From a virus, in IMG/VR virus record IMGVR_UViG_3300046536_000173, positions 19,471 to 83,470 of that record: a stretch of DNA of 64,000 nucleotides. One strand, written 5' to 3'. Positions 17,121 through 25,064 of this stretch are shown here, piece after piece. A model generated the notes under the pieces. The model had not been told where the DNA came from and searched no databases. It saw nothing but the letters and a program-made list of their open reading frames with translations. The position numbers and the translations under genes are program-made. The first letter of the stretch is position 1. Each line of letters starts with the position of its first letter.

Positions 17121-17605
17121 CCCGGCCCGGACGCCCTCTCGACCAACGCTTTTGGCGGTATGTGTCTTGCGAACCGAATAGCGGATGTTGGCTCTGGGAT
17201 GGAGCGTGTGACCGCAAGGGGTATGGCCAGCTTCGCCTTGGAACAGGCGCGCTACGCTACGCGACGCATATAGCGTTGGAATTAGCGGGGCGGGAACTTC
17301 CACTAGGGATGCTCGCCTGTCATCGATGCGATGTCCCTTCGTGCGTCAATCCCGACCACCTTTTCGTCGGCACGCCCCTTGATAACACCACCGATATGAT
17401 TGTCAAGGGTCGCTTTACTTACGACCCCGCACTGCGACCGCGAGGGTCCAGGGTTGGCGGTGCCAAACTGCACGAGCGAGACATCCCGGTTATCCGGCAG
17501 CGTCTAGCAGCGGGTGAGGCATTGCCTACTGTCGCTGCGACTTATGACGTTACCCCGACCGCGATTTGGTATGTCAAATGCGGAAAGACGTGGCGCCATG
17601 TTTAA
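17117..17605 (+). CDS. Free-standing HNH homing endonuclease with C-terminal HTH
   Basis: EPNSGCWLW, CHRCDVPSCVNPDHL..GT..DN motifs. Lower GC. Absent from this site in unit 3. Confidence 0.88.
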   Translation: MTRPGRPLDQRFWRYVSCEPNSGCWLWDGACDRKGYGQLRLGTGALRYATHIALELAGRELPLGMLACHRCDVPSCVNPDHLFVGTPLDNTTDMIVKGRFTYDPALRPRGSRVGGAKLHERDIPVIRQRLAAGEALPTVAATYDVTPTAIWYVKCGKTWRHV

Positions 17606-18020
17606 GCTCATCGCGCCCGTCATGCCTGAAGATGACCTCCAAGCATCGTTGGCGCAGACGCTCGACCAGCTATTGAAGCCGCCAGCGATGTGGTGGGCGA
17701 TGCCGATCGGGCACATCCAGCTAACGCGCCCACAAGCCGCCAAACTGACCCGCATCGGTCTGAAGCGAGGACTCCCCGACATCCTCGTGTTGCACGGGGT
17801 CTTGCACGGGATCGAACTGAAGCGCCCCGGCGAGGGGTTGAGCCGCGCCCGCTGGGTGCCGACCCGGAGCGGAGGCCGACGCTTCGTCGAGGGCCAGCGC
17901 GAGGTGTTCCCGCGCCTGGAGGCGGCGGGGATGAAGCTCGCTACCTGTCACAGCGTCGTCGCCGTGCTCGACCAGCTTACCGCGTGGAAAATTCCCTTGC
18001 GTGGAAGGATCGCCGCATGA
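17598..18020 (+). CDS. VRR-NUC-like nuclease / Holliday junction resolvase
   Basis: GLKRGLPDILV...IELK PD-(D/E)xK motif. Confidence 0.8.
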   Translation: MFKLIAPVMPEDDLQASLAQTLDQLLKPPAMWWAMPIGHIQLTRPQAAKLTRIGLKRGLPDILVLHGVLHGIELKRPGEGLSRARWVPTRSGGRRFVEGQREVFPRLEAAGMKLATCHSVVAVLDQLTAWKIPLRGRIAA

Positions 18021-18190
18021 GCAATCAACCGACACCATCAAACCCACGTCGCCCGTTGCCGGGGCCTAATAAGGTGCCGCAACCACGGCCCGATCCGCCC
18101 AGACGACCGGAGAAGGCGCCACCTCCTCCGCCTCCCCGCTACCAACCGCCAGCGCCGAGGCCACACGAGCGCCGCGACAGGCCCTTGTGA
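18017..18190 (+). CDS. Small proline-rich protein
   Basis: ATGA overlap, fills the gap to the next gene. Confidence 0.4.
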   Translation: MSNQPTPSNPRRPLPGPNKVPQPRPDPPRRPEKAPPPPPPRYQPPAPRPHERRDRPL

Positions 18191-18191
18191 G

Positions 18192-18800
18192 GTGGTGGAT
18201 TACTCGATCGCCGCGATCCCCACTGAGTACAGGGGCCGCACATATCGCAGTCGCCTCGAAGCGCGGTGGGCCGCGTTTTTCGATCGCCTTGGTCTCGCGC
18301 ATGAATACGAACCGTTCGACCTGGGCGCGTGGTCGCCCGACTTCCTTTTGACCGACATCGACACGCTGGTCGAGGTCAAGCCGCTGACCGAATTCGATGC
18401 TGAAGCCTGGGCGAAAATCGCGGCGGCTTGCAAGGAACGAAACATCAAAAATGGTCTGTTGCTAACGCGCGTCGCGCCGCAGCTATATCGCAACGTCGTC
18501 GAGTTAGGTTGGGTTGCGATCCCCTGGCATGAGGATGGGGCAATCCCGCACCGGGCTTTGTTGGGTTGGGTTCCAAACCGGGAACATCCCCGGTTCGACG
18601 CCAAGATCGTCACTCTCATGCAACATCCCTTTGGGTGGGCGACGACGACCGGCTTCGGACACGTTTTCGAGGATGGGTTTCGACCGTCGGGGGATGATCT
18701 GGAGCGATTAAACTGGCCGGAACCCTATCCCGACCATGCGATGGGCCTCTGGGCGCGCGCGACCTCCGACGTTCAATGGCGACCGGATGGGGACGCATGA
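18192..18800 (+). CDS. PD-(D/E)xK nuclease-like phage protein
   Basis: YRSRLEARWAAFFD...YEP...PDF...VEVKP. Confidence 0.8.
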   Translation: MVDYSIAAIPTEYRGRTYRSRLEARWAAFFDRLGLAHEYEPFDLGAWSPDFLLTDIDTLVEVKPLTEFDAEAWAKIAAACKERNIKNGLLLTRVAPQLYRNVVELGWVAIPWHEDGAIPHRALLGWVPNREHPRFDAKIVTLMQHPFGWATTTGFGHVFEDGFRPSGDDLERLNWPEPYPDHAMGLWARATSDVQWRPDGDA

Positions 18801-18803
18801 TCC

Positions 18804-19361
18804 GTGTCAAAGCTCCGCTGGGCAAAATGGTTCTGGGCTGACTGGTCGAACGACACCGCCCTGAATCTGTGCTCGATCCCGGCACGCGGATTGTGGATGT
18901 CGTTGCTTTGCATAGCAGCGCAGGGCGAACCCTACGGCACGGTGACGATCAAAGGGCACGTTCCGACGACCGGGGAACTGTTCAGCCTGATCGCTCCGAG
19001 GGGCACGCGACGCCGCGAATTCGATCACTGGCTGGCTGAACTGGAGGAGCGCGGGGTGATCCAGCGCGACCCGACGGGAGCCATATGGAGTCCACGCATG
19101 AGCCACAGCGGAACCGTATCTTTGGCAAGAACCAGTGCGGCAAAGCAACGCTGGAAAGGTCAGGGGAAAAGCCAAAAACAACAAAATTTGCATGAGCAAA
19201 CACACGGAAACGGCGCCGATTTGCATGAGCAAAAAGAGGTTTTGCATATGGTAGAAGCAGAAGCAGAAGCAGAATCCCCCTTAATCCCCCCAAATTCAAA
19301 ACGTGGTCGGAAGCCGAAGGATGGCCCCTGGACCTCCCTCGCCAAGCACGGGGTGAACTGA
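18804..19361 (+). CDS. Replication initiator (replisome-organiser type)
   Basis: W.KWFWADW..D..L..CS..ARGLWM.LLC N-terminus, internal repeats and position before the loader-like gene. Confidence 0.7.
   Translation: MSKLRWAKWFWADWSNDTALNLCSIPARGLWMSLLCIAAQGEPYGTVTIKGHVPTTGELFSLIAPRGTRRREFDHWLAELEERGVIQRDPTGAIWSPRMSHSGTVSLARTSAAKQRWKGQGKSQKQQNLHEQTHGNGADLHEQKEVLHMVEAEAEAESPLIPPNSKRGRKPKDGPWTSLAKHGVN
19187..19250. repeat. Putative ori iterons of unit 2
   Basis: TTTGCATGAGCAAA at 19187 and 19220, partial TTTGCAT at 19241, in an A-rich tract. Confidence 0.6.
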
Positions 19362-19903
19362 TGCGCGACCTCGCCCCGACAAAGCGACCGCCCGTCGCAA
19401 CCGTGCGCGAATGGACGATCGCCCTCGGCATCCTGACGGCGGGCCAGATGACGCGCGCCGACGCCGAGATGAAGCTGGCGGCTTATGTGCCGCTACTTCA
19501 GGACAACTTCCCCGCCGCCGCGTTCACGCAGGACTCGCTTCACCACGTCGCCCGCCAGTGCAAGTGGTTCCCGTCCTACGCCGAGGTGATCGAGCACCTT
19601 GGCGCTTGGTGGAAAGAACGCCGCCCGCCGTTCCCCGCGATCGCGCCGCCGCCCCCGCCGCCGCCTCGACCGGAGCCGACACCGGAGGAGATCGAGCACG
19701 TCCGCCAGCTATGCGCGCAAGTCGTCGGCGAGCTTCGTGCATCCGCGATCGACAAGGACACGGTGGGCCGACCGCTTCCGACCGGGCCGATCGAGCCGCG
19801 TCCGCGATACCTGCCGCCCGACGTGCTCGATCGCATCAACCCCTTGCCGAACGGGCGGAAGCGCGCCGCGCAACCGGAGCCGCCACCGGAGCCGCCGACA
19901 TGA
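19361..19903 (+). CDS. Replication accessory protein (lambda P-position, helicase-loader-like)
   Basis: CKWFPSYAEV motif. Homologue at 61221..61748. Confidence 0.65.
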   Translation: MRDLAPTKRPPVATVREWTIALGILTAGQMTRADAEMKLAAYVPLLQDNFPAAAFTQDSLHHVARQCKWFPSYAEVIEHLGAWWKERRPPFPAIAPPPPPPPRPEPTPEEIEHVRQLCAQVVGELRASAIDKDTVGRPLPTGPIEPRPRYLPPDVLDRINPLPNGRKRAAQPEPPPEPPT

Positions 19904-20124
19904 GCGACGACGGATTGCCGTGGGGTTACGTGCACCCCGTCGAGGGCTGGTTGCCGCTCCCGAAGGGGCCCGGGCTGATCGACCTCGGCCCGCCGCCGTT
20001 CGACGTGACGTTGCTCGATGGCCGCGTGCGCCGCGTCGTGCACAAACCCGGAGGATCAGCCGATGCCGCCACACCGCCCGCGATGGACGCTCCCGATGCG
20101 TCCGACCTACCCGACGCCCCCTAG
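19900..20124 (+). CDS. Hypothetical protein
   Basis: Homologue at 61745..61966. Confidence 0.6.
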   Translation: MSDDGLPWGYVHPVEGWLPLPKGPGLIDLGPPPFDVTLLDGRVRRVVHKPGGSADAATPPAMDAPDASDLPDAP

Positions 20125-20254
20125 CGCTTGGCGCGGACCCGGAACCGCGCACCGTCCGCCGCCGCCGTCACCGCCGCCGCCGCAGATCGTCCGCAAGCCG
20201 TGCGGGCTGTGCAATCGCGTCCGAAAATGGGTCGGCCTGGAGCCGCGACGGTGA
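20063..20254 (+). CDS. Small Pro-rich protein with CGLC motif
   Basis: GGAGGA RBS. Homologue at 61908..62090. Confidence 0.55.
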   Translation: MPPHRPRWTLPMRPTYPTPPSAWRGPGTAHRPPPPSPPPPQIVRKPCGLCNRVRKWVGLEPRR

Positions 20255-20469
20255 ACCCCGTCGAACAGCGCGCCGTCGAGATCGACGACACGTTGCACGA
20301 GATCGAGCGCGAGCTTCGACAGCCCGTCGAACCCTTCGAGCGCGTCGCGATCCGCCTCGCCCGTCCGCCTCACGCTGGAGCAACGCGCCGCGCAGCCGGA
20401 ACTCGGCGACGCGATCGGCCGGGTGGTCGTGCCCGTGCCGCCGCCCGAGGAAGGAGCAACCACCGATGA
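20251..20469 (+). pseudogene. Out-of-frame fusion of two small genes (73-bp deletion relative to unit 3)
   Basis: Unit 3 bases 62202..62274 are missing between 20362 and 20363. Confidence 0.55.
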
Positions 20470-20678
20470 ACCGAAATGATCCGCCGATCCGACATCAAGC
20501 GCCGTTCCACGTCTACCCCGCGCGCCGCGCCGCGTCGCCACTGTCCATCCCGGTGCCGACGCGGCCAGTCATGCGGGACGAATGGAAGCCCATGTCGCCC
20601 GGCGCATTTTCGATGTTCGTGGGCGGCTTCGCGTTCGCCATCGCGGCCATCGTCCTGGTCGCGGTCCTGTCGCGATGA
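20466..20678 (+). CDS. Small protein with C-terminal TM helix (unit 2 only)
   Basis: AAGGAG RBS and FSMFVGGFAFAIAAIVLVAVL. Confidence 0.55.
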   Translation: MNRNDPPIRHQAPFHVYPARRAASPLSIPVPTRPVMRDEWKPMSPGAFSMFVGGFAFAIAAIVLVAVLSR

Positions 20679-21196
20679 GCAACCAGCCATCCGACGCGTA
20701 CCGCCAGCATCATCACGACATCGATCCGCCGCGTGTCGATGCCGTGACCTTCCGCCAGGGCTGGAGGGTGCGGACGCGCCTCGACGCGCTCCTCGCCTCG
20801 CGCCGGATCACGTCGGGCCATTGGCAAGCCGCCGTCGAGTATCGCGACGCCTGGGGCCGTGTGCTCGCTGCTGGCGGATCGCCTGGAGGCTATCGGGTCA
20901 GCGGAGCGATCGACCCGCATCATCGCGTCCTGGGCCTCCTCGCGACCGTCACGCGCCTCCGCGTGGTGCACACCGCGATCGGCGCCGACTTCGCGACGCT
21001 GTGCTTCGCGTGCGCCGTCGAGGATCGATCCTGGGCCTCGATCGCCGCCGCCCATCGCCGCAACCCGGAGACGGAGCGCGACCGCGCCGTGCGCGCGCTG
21101 CGCGCGCTGGCCTCGGCCTGGGCAGGAACGCGCCTGGGCGACCTCGACGTGTCGTCGCCCCCGCGTCATGCTCCGCGCCGTGTAGGGGGCCTCTGA
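20675..21196 (+). CDS. Putative late-gene regulator (Q-position, C-terminal HTH)
   Basis: LLASRRIT..HWQAA.EY and a C-terminal SWASIA...NPET helix-turn-helix. Last early gene. Homologue at 62421..63041. Confidence 0.6.
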   Translation: MSNQPSDAYRQHHHDIDPPRVDAVTFRQGWRVRTRLDALLASRRITSGHWQAAVEYRDAWGRVLAAGGSPGGYRVSGAIDPHHRVLGLLATVTRLRVVHTAIGADFATLCFACAVEDRSWASIAAAHRRNPETERDRAVRALRALASAWAGTRLGDLDVSSPPRHAPRRVGGL

Positions 21197-21355
21197 GCGC
21201 CGGGAAAGGGCATGGCGCCTATCGCGACCCGGAGATTGTGCGCAAGTCTCGACCGGGACCGAATCGGGAACGCCCCGGATTCCCGCGCAACCCGAGAATC
21301 GGGGCTTTCAGGGGACCGCGATGGGAGCGGCCCCGCCCCCGTCCAGGGATCGCGG

Positions 21356-21622
21356 CGGCGGCGATTTAAGTGCCCGCACACTCATGGATCGGGAAAGGTG
21401 ACCCTGGCGCGAACCCTGTCCGGGCGCGGCCAAAGGGTGCATCGATCACGTAACAATTGAGGCGGTGTGACGAACGAAGTCCCAAAAGTTTAGGACGGCG
21501 GTCCCCTCGGTGAGACGATGGGCGGATCGCTCCAGCGTTTCCGCCGGTTTCCGGGTCGCGATCCTGATTGACGCCTTTCCGCGATCGGTGGTAGCGATTC
21601 GGGCATCCTCGCAGCCGTTGCG
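21356..21622 (+). promoter_or_regulatory. Conserved non-coding late leader (promoter and/or structured RNA)
   Basis: Long invariant blocks shared with 63060..63335, separated by variable spacers. Confidence 0.5.
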
Positions 21623-21651
21623 TGTATCGCCCCGGCCCGAGCTTCCCGAAC

Positions 21652-21981
21652 ATGCACCCCATCCGATACGAGCGCGGCGCGGTCGTGCGCTGCAATTCCC
21701 GCACCTGGATCGTCTGGACCTACTCGCGAGGGCAGGGAATCTGCGATCCGATCGCGCTCCCCGTGATGCCGCAAACCGGGCCGCGCCATCGCTCGCAAGC
21801 GCGCCTCGACCTCGGTGGGCGTGCGGTCCTGGTGCATCTCCTCGACCGCGTGACGTTGCCGCGCCTCGACTGTGAACACGTCGGCCAATGCACGCCCGAC
21901 ATCGTGTCGAGCCTCGCCGCGAGTATGCAACGCGCGATCGACGCGCACGAAGCTGATCGCCCCCGGAGCGCCGTCGCATGA
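21652..21981 (+). CDS. PemK/MazF-fold-like protein (tentative)
   Basis: RGAVV...RTWIV...IALPV...LLDRVTLPR...VGQC pattern. Homologue at 63368..63691. Confidence 0.5.
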   Translation: MHPIRYERGAVVRCNSRTWIVWTYSRGQGICDPIALPVMPQTGPRHRSQARLDLGGRAVLVHLLDRVTLPRLDCEHVGQCTPDIVSSLAASMQRAIDAHEADRPRSAVA

Positions 21982-22055
21982 GCGGCCCATGGCTGTTCGT
22001 GATAGCGATGGCCTTGGTGCTTGCCCTCGATCGCCTTTCGCTGGTCTGCCCCTGA
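21978..22055 (+). CDS. 25-aa hydrophobic peptide (unit 2 only)
   Basis: MSGPWLFVIAMALVLALDRLSLVCP, with ATGA and TGATG overlaps on both sides. Confidence 0.45.
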   Translation: MSGPWLFVIAMALVLALDRLSLVCP

Positions 22056-22387
22056 TGCCGATCGCCTCGCCGGTCTATCATCCGCCCGGTTGGCAGTCGC
22101 GCGCCGATCGACGCCGCGCGCACGACCAGAGCAAGGTGCGGCACTATTCCAACGCCCGCTGGCTCCGTCTCCGCGCCGCGTATCTCGCGACGCATCCATT
22201 GTGCGAGTGCGGATGCAATCGCCCCGCGACCGTCGTCGATCATCGCAAGCCGCATGGCGGCGACGACGCGCTGATGTATGCCTGGGACAACCTCCAGGCG
22301 ATGACGAAGCCGTGCCACGATCGCAAGACGGCGACGCAAGACGGTGGGTTCGGTCGCGCCTCGCGCGCCTCGGTCGGTGCGCGATGA
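22055..22387 (+). CDS. Terminase-associated HNH endonuclease (HK97 gp74-like)
   Basis: W..LR...L..HPLC...ATVVDH..PH.GD..L...DNLQ.....CH.RKT. Confidence 0.9.
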   Translation: MPIASPVYHPPGWQSRADRRRAHDQSKVRHYSNARWLRLRAAYLATHPLCECGCNRPATVVDHRKPHGGDDALMYAWDNLQAMTKPCHDRKTATQDGGFGRASRASVGAR

Positions 22388-22399
22388 TGACGCGATCGA

Positions 22400-22470
22400 C
22401 CCCCATACGGTGTCCGAAACCGGGATCGATCGTGTGCACTGACCGCGCCCCAACTGATTTTTTAGCTTTC
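22400..22470. other. Candidate cos region
   Basis: Intergenic gap after the packaging HNH with GACCGCGCCCC followed by a T-tract. This is the usual cos position in HK97-like phages (inference). Confidence 0.4.
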
Positions 22471-22474
22471 CAAT

Positions 22475-23116
22475 ATGGGCCAGACTGAAGCCGCCGCTTG
22501 GCCCGCCGACCAGATCGAGCGCCGCGACGTGTCCGCGCTCGTGCCGCACGTCCGCAACGCCCGGAAGCACGGCCCCGCGCAGATCGCGGAGATCGCCGGC
22601 CTGATCCGCGAATGGGGCTGGACCGTGCCGATCCTGATCGACGAAGCGAACGGGATCATCGCGGGGCACGGGCGCGTGCTCGCCGCGCAGCAATTGAACA
22701 TCGCCGACGTTCCCGTTGTCGTCGCGCGCGGATGGAGCGACGCGCAAAAGCGCGCATACATGATCGCCGACAACGAAGTGACCGCGCACTCGACCTGGAA
22801 TACGGAGCTATTGCGCGTCGAGCTGGCCGACCTCGCGCAACAGGGCATCGACCTGGAGACGATCGGCTTCAGCGCCGCCGACCTCGCCGCCAAGGGATCG
22901 AGCGAGGGCGAGCTTCCGCAAGCGCTCCAGCTTGAACCCGCCCGCGAGTATTGCGTGATCATGTGCGCCGACCTCGACGAATGGGAACGCCTCAAAGTCG
23001 CGTTGTCGCTGACTCCCGTCCGACGCGGCGGATACAAGCGCGGGTCCGTGCTTGACGACGTGAGCACGCAACGCGTCGTGACCGCCGCCGCCGTCCTGAA
23101 GCTGATCGAGGGGTAA
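22475..23116 (+). CDS. ParB/Srx-like N-terminal domain protein
   Basis: RNARKH...QI..IA..I.EWGWT.PILID....IIAGHGR..AA...AY.IADN. No methylase domain follows. Confidence 0.85.
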   Translation: MGQTEAAAWPADQIERRDVSALVPHVRNARKHGPAQIAEIAGLIREWGWTVPILIDEANGIIAGHGRVLAAQQLNIADVPVVVARGWSDAQKRAYMIADNEVTAHSTWNTELLRVELADLAQQGIDLETIGFSAADLAAKGSSEGELPQALQLEPAREYCVIMCADLDEWERLKVALSLTPVRRGGYKRGSVLDDVSTQRVVTAAAVLKLIEG

Positions 23117-23119
23117 GAC

Positions 23120-23389
23120 ATGTCCGACACGCCGCAACCAACGATCGACACGACCGACCCGCGCGCCACCATCGACAGCGCTTCCGACGCGCGCACCGTC
23201 AACAACGTGGTGCGCCATCAATACCGCGTGCTGTCCGACGCCGAAAAAGACCAGATGGGCGCCCTCAAAGACCTGGGGCTTGCCTTCATCGAGCAATGCG
23301 ACGCGATCGGATCGAGCCGCGAACTGGCTCTGGCGAAAACGAACGCGGAGATGGCGGTGATGTGGGCCGTGAAACACGTCACGCGATGA
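23120..23389 (+). CDS. Acb2/Tad1-like cyclic-nucleotide sponge (anti-CBASS/anti-Thoeris candidate)
   Basis: YRVLSDAEKDQMGALKDLG resembles the Acb2 N-terminal helix. SSRELALAKTNAEMAVMW resembles the Tad1 C-terminal helix. Confidence 0.7.
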   Translation: MSDTPQPTIDTTDPRATIDSASDARTVNNVVRHQYRVLSDAEKDQMGALKDLGLAFIEQCDAIGSSRELALAKTNAEMAVMWAVKHVTR

Positions 23390-23568
23390 CAGCCTGGGAA
23401 GATCGTATGCGCGCCGCGCTCCTCGCCTGTGAGGCGCAGTTTCACGCATACGCCGATCATCATCTGGCGAAGGAACCGCCCGATCGCGACAAAGCCGCGA
23501 TCAACGTCCGATGGGCGATCGACTGCCACGAAGCCGCGATGCCGCCCGACCGGGTCGTGCTCCGTTGA
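23386..23568 (+). CDS. Hypothetical protein
   Basis: ATGA overlap with the upstream gene and TTGA overlap with the downstream gene. Confidence 0.55.
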   Translation: MTAWEDRMRAALLACEAQFHAYADHHLAKEPPDRDKAAINVRWAIDCHEAAMPPDRVVLR

Positions 23569-24314
23569 CGAAGCCGAAGCGCCGCGCCTCCTCGATCCAT
23601 GTCGCGGTCCCCTCGAAAGGCAGGGCTGGCAGGGTGCGCACGCAAGCCGTGATCCCGTCGTGCACGATCTATGCGCCCGCGCTCGAAGCCGCCGCCTACC
23701 GCGCCGCAGGGGGCCGCAACGTCGTGCCCGTGCCCGACACCGTGCGCGGGATCACCGCGACGCGAAACTTCATCCTCGACAACGCGCCCTCGACGCGCGT
23801 CGTGATGATCGACGACGACGTGAAAACGCAGGGCTGGACGCATCTCCTCCCGCGCTCCGCGCACAAGCTCCATCTCGACGAAGCGACGTGGCTCGCCGAA
23901 TTCCGCAAGCTGTTCGAGGTGACGGAGAGTCTTGAATTCCGCATCTGGGGCGTGGCGACCGAAAGCGCGACGCGCTCCTGTTACCCGTGGGCGCCCTTCC
24001 GCTGGCGCGCGTATGTCACCGCGTCGTGCATGGGGATCGTCAACGACGATCGCGCGCCCCGCTTCGACGAAACATATCCCGTGAAAGAGGATTACGAACT
24101 CTGTGCCCGGTGCATCCGCGATGATGGCGGGGTCGTTGCGGCGCAGTATCTATTCTGGGAGAACGCGCACTGGCACGACAAGGGCGGATGCAACGACTAT
24201 CGCACGCAATCGATGGAGCGCGACGCGATCCGCCGCCTTTGCAAAACCTATCCGGGCCTCGTGCGCGCCGTCGAGCGCGCGTCGAACGCCTGGGCGATCG
24301 AGATCGGACCCTGA
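23565..24314 (+). CDS. GT-A fold glycosyltransferase (TET-associated/GREB1-like), probable DNA-modifying
   Basis: VPSKGR, GI..TRNFIL, MIDDD (DxD), KEDYE and GGC..YR motifs. Confidence 0.75.
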   Translation: MTKPKRRASSIHVAVPSKGRAGRVRTQAVIPSCTIYAPALEAAAYRAAGGRNVVPVPDTVRGITATRNFILDNAPSTRVVMIDDDVKTQGWTHLLPRSAHKLHLDEATWLAEFRKLFEVTESLEFRIWGVATESATRSCYPWAPFRWRAYVTASCMGIVNDDRAPRFDETYPVKEDYELCARCIRDDGGVVAAQYLFWENAHWHDKGGCNDYRTQSMERDAIRRLCKTYPGLVRAVERASNAWAIEIGP

Positions 24315-24318
24315 TCAC

Positions 24319-24549
24319 ATGAGCGACATCACCACATCACCGTTGGTCGCGGATGGTGGCCTTTGCTTGTTCCAGGCGATCGAGCCGACGCACTGGCTCA
24401 CGTTCGCGTCGTGCGGCCTACGGATCAACATGGCCACGGGTGAGGTCGTGATCCCGGATGGTCTCGCGCTCAACGAAGCCTCCCGGCAATTCTGGGAACA
24501 ATTGGGGCGCTTTCATCCGCTCGCCCCGATCGGGTTTGGTGATCGCTGA
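24319..24549 (+). CDS. Hypothetical protein
   Basis: Fills the gap and has a TGATG overlap with terS. Confidence 0.55.
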   Translation: MSDITTSPLVADGGLCLFQAIEPTHWLTFASCGLRINMATGEVVIPDGLALNEASRQFWEQLGRFHPLAPIGFGDR

Positions 24550-25064
24550 TGGGACGCCGCCCGAAGCCGACCGCCTTGCACAAGCTCCACGGCACATACA
24601 ACGCGACGAACCACGGACGCGACCGCGCGCAAGAGCCGGTGCCGATGGGCGACCTGGAGGAGCCGCCGCCCGACCTGACCGAAAGCCAGGAAGCCGGATG
24701 GCGCTACGCGATCGCCAACATGCCGAAGGGCGTCGTCAAGCTGATCGATCGCGGCATCCTGAAGGTCTGGATCGAAGCGGAGGATCGCCACAACACCGCG
24801 CGCCTCATGCAAGCGATGCTCGACCAGGACACGAAACTAAAGCTCCTGGTGAAAGGCCCGAACGGGCTGGAGCCGTCGCCTTACAACGTGATCCTCGACA
24901 AGTGCGCGCAAACCATGTTCCGCGCCGCGCAGGAATTGGGCTTCTCGCCCGCCGCGCGTCCGCGCCTGAAGCTCTACGCGCCGCCGCCCGACTCACAAGC
25001 CGCCGCCGACGTGCGCGCCGACCCGTGGGCCATGCTGCAGGTAATCCCTGGTGGCAAGGCGTAA
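24549..25064 (+). CDS. terS: Terminase small subunit (P27 family)
   Basis: MGRRPKPTAL.KL.G N-terminus and ELGFSPAAR motif. Confidence 0.9.
   Translation: MGRRPKPTALHKLHGTYNATNHGRDRAQEPVPMGDLEEPPPDLTESQEAGWRYAIANMPKGVVKLIDRGILKVWIEAEDRHNTARLMQAMLDQDTKLKLLVKGPNGLEPSPYNVILDKCAQTMFRAAQELGFSPAARPRLKLYAPPPDSQAAADVRADPWAMLQVIPGGKA

Noticed and set aside
21363-21390. dif/Xer site
   Set aside because: Only ATTTAA matches the XerD arm. The rest does not fit the consensus.
21366-21704. Minus-strand ORF open in both units (also 63070..63345)
   Set aside because: Conservation is blockwise, not codon-patterned, there is no shared start or RBS, and open frames are common at this GC. Not fully excluded.
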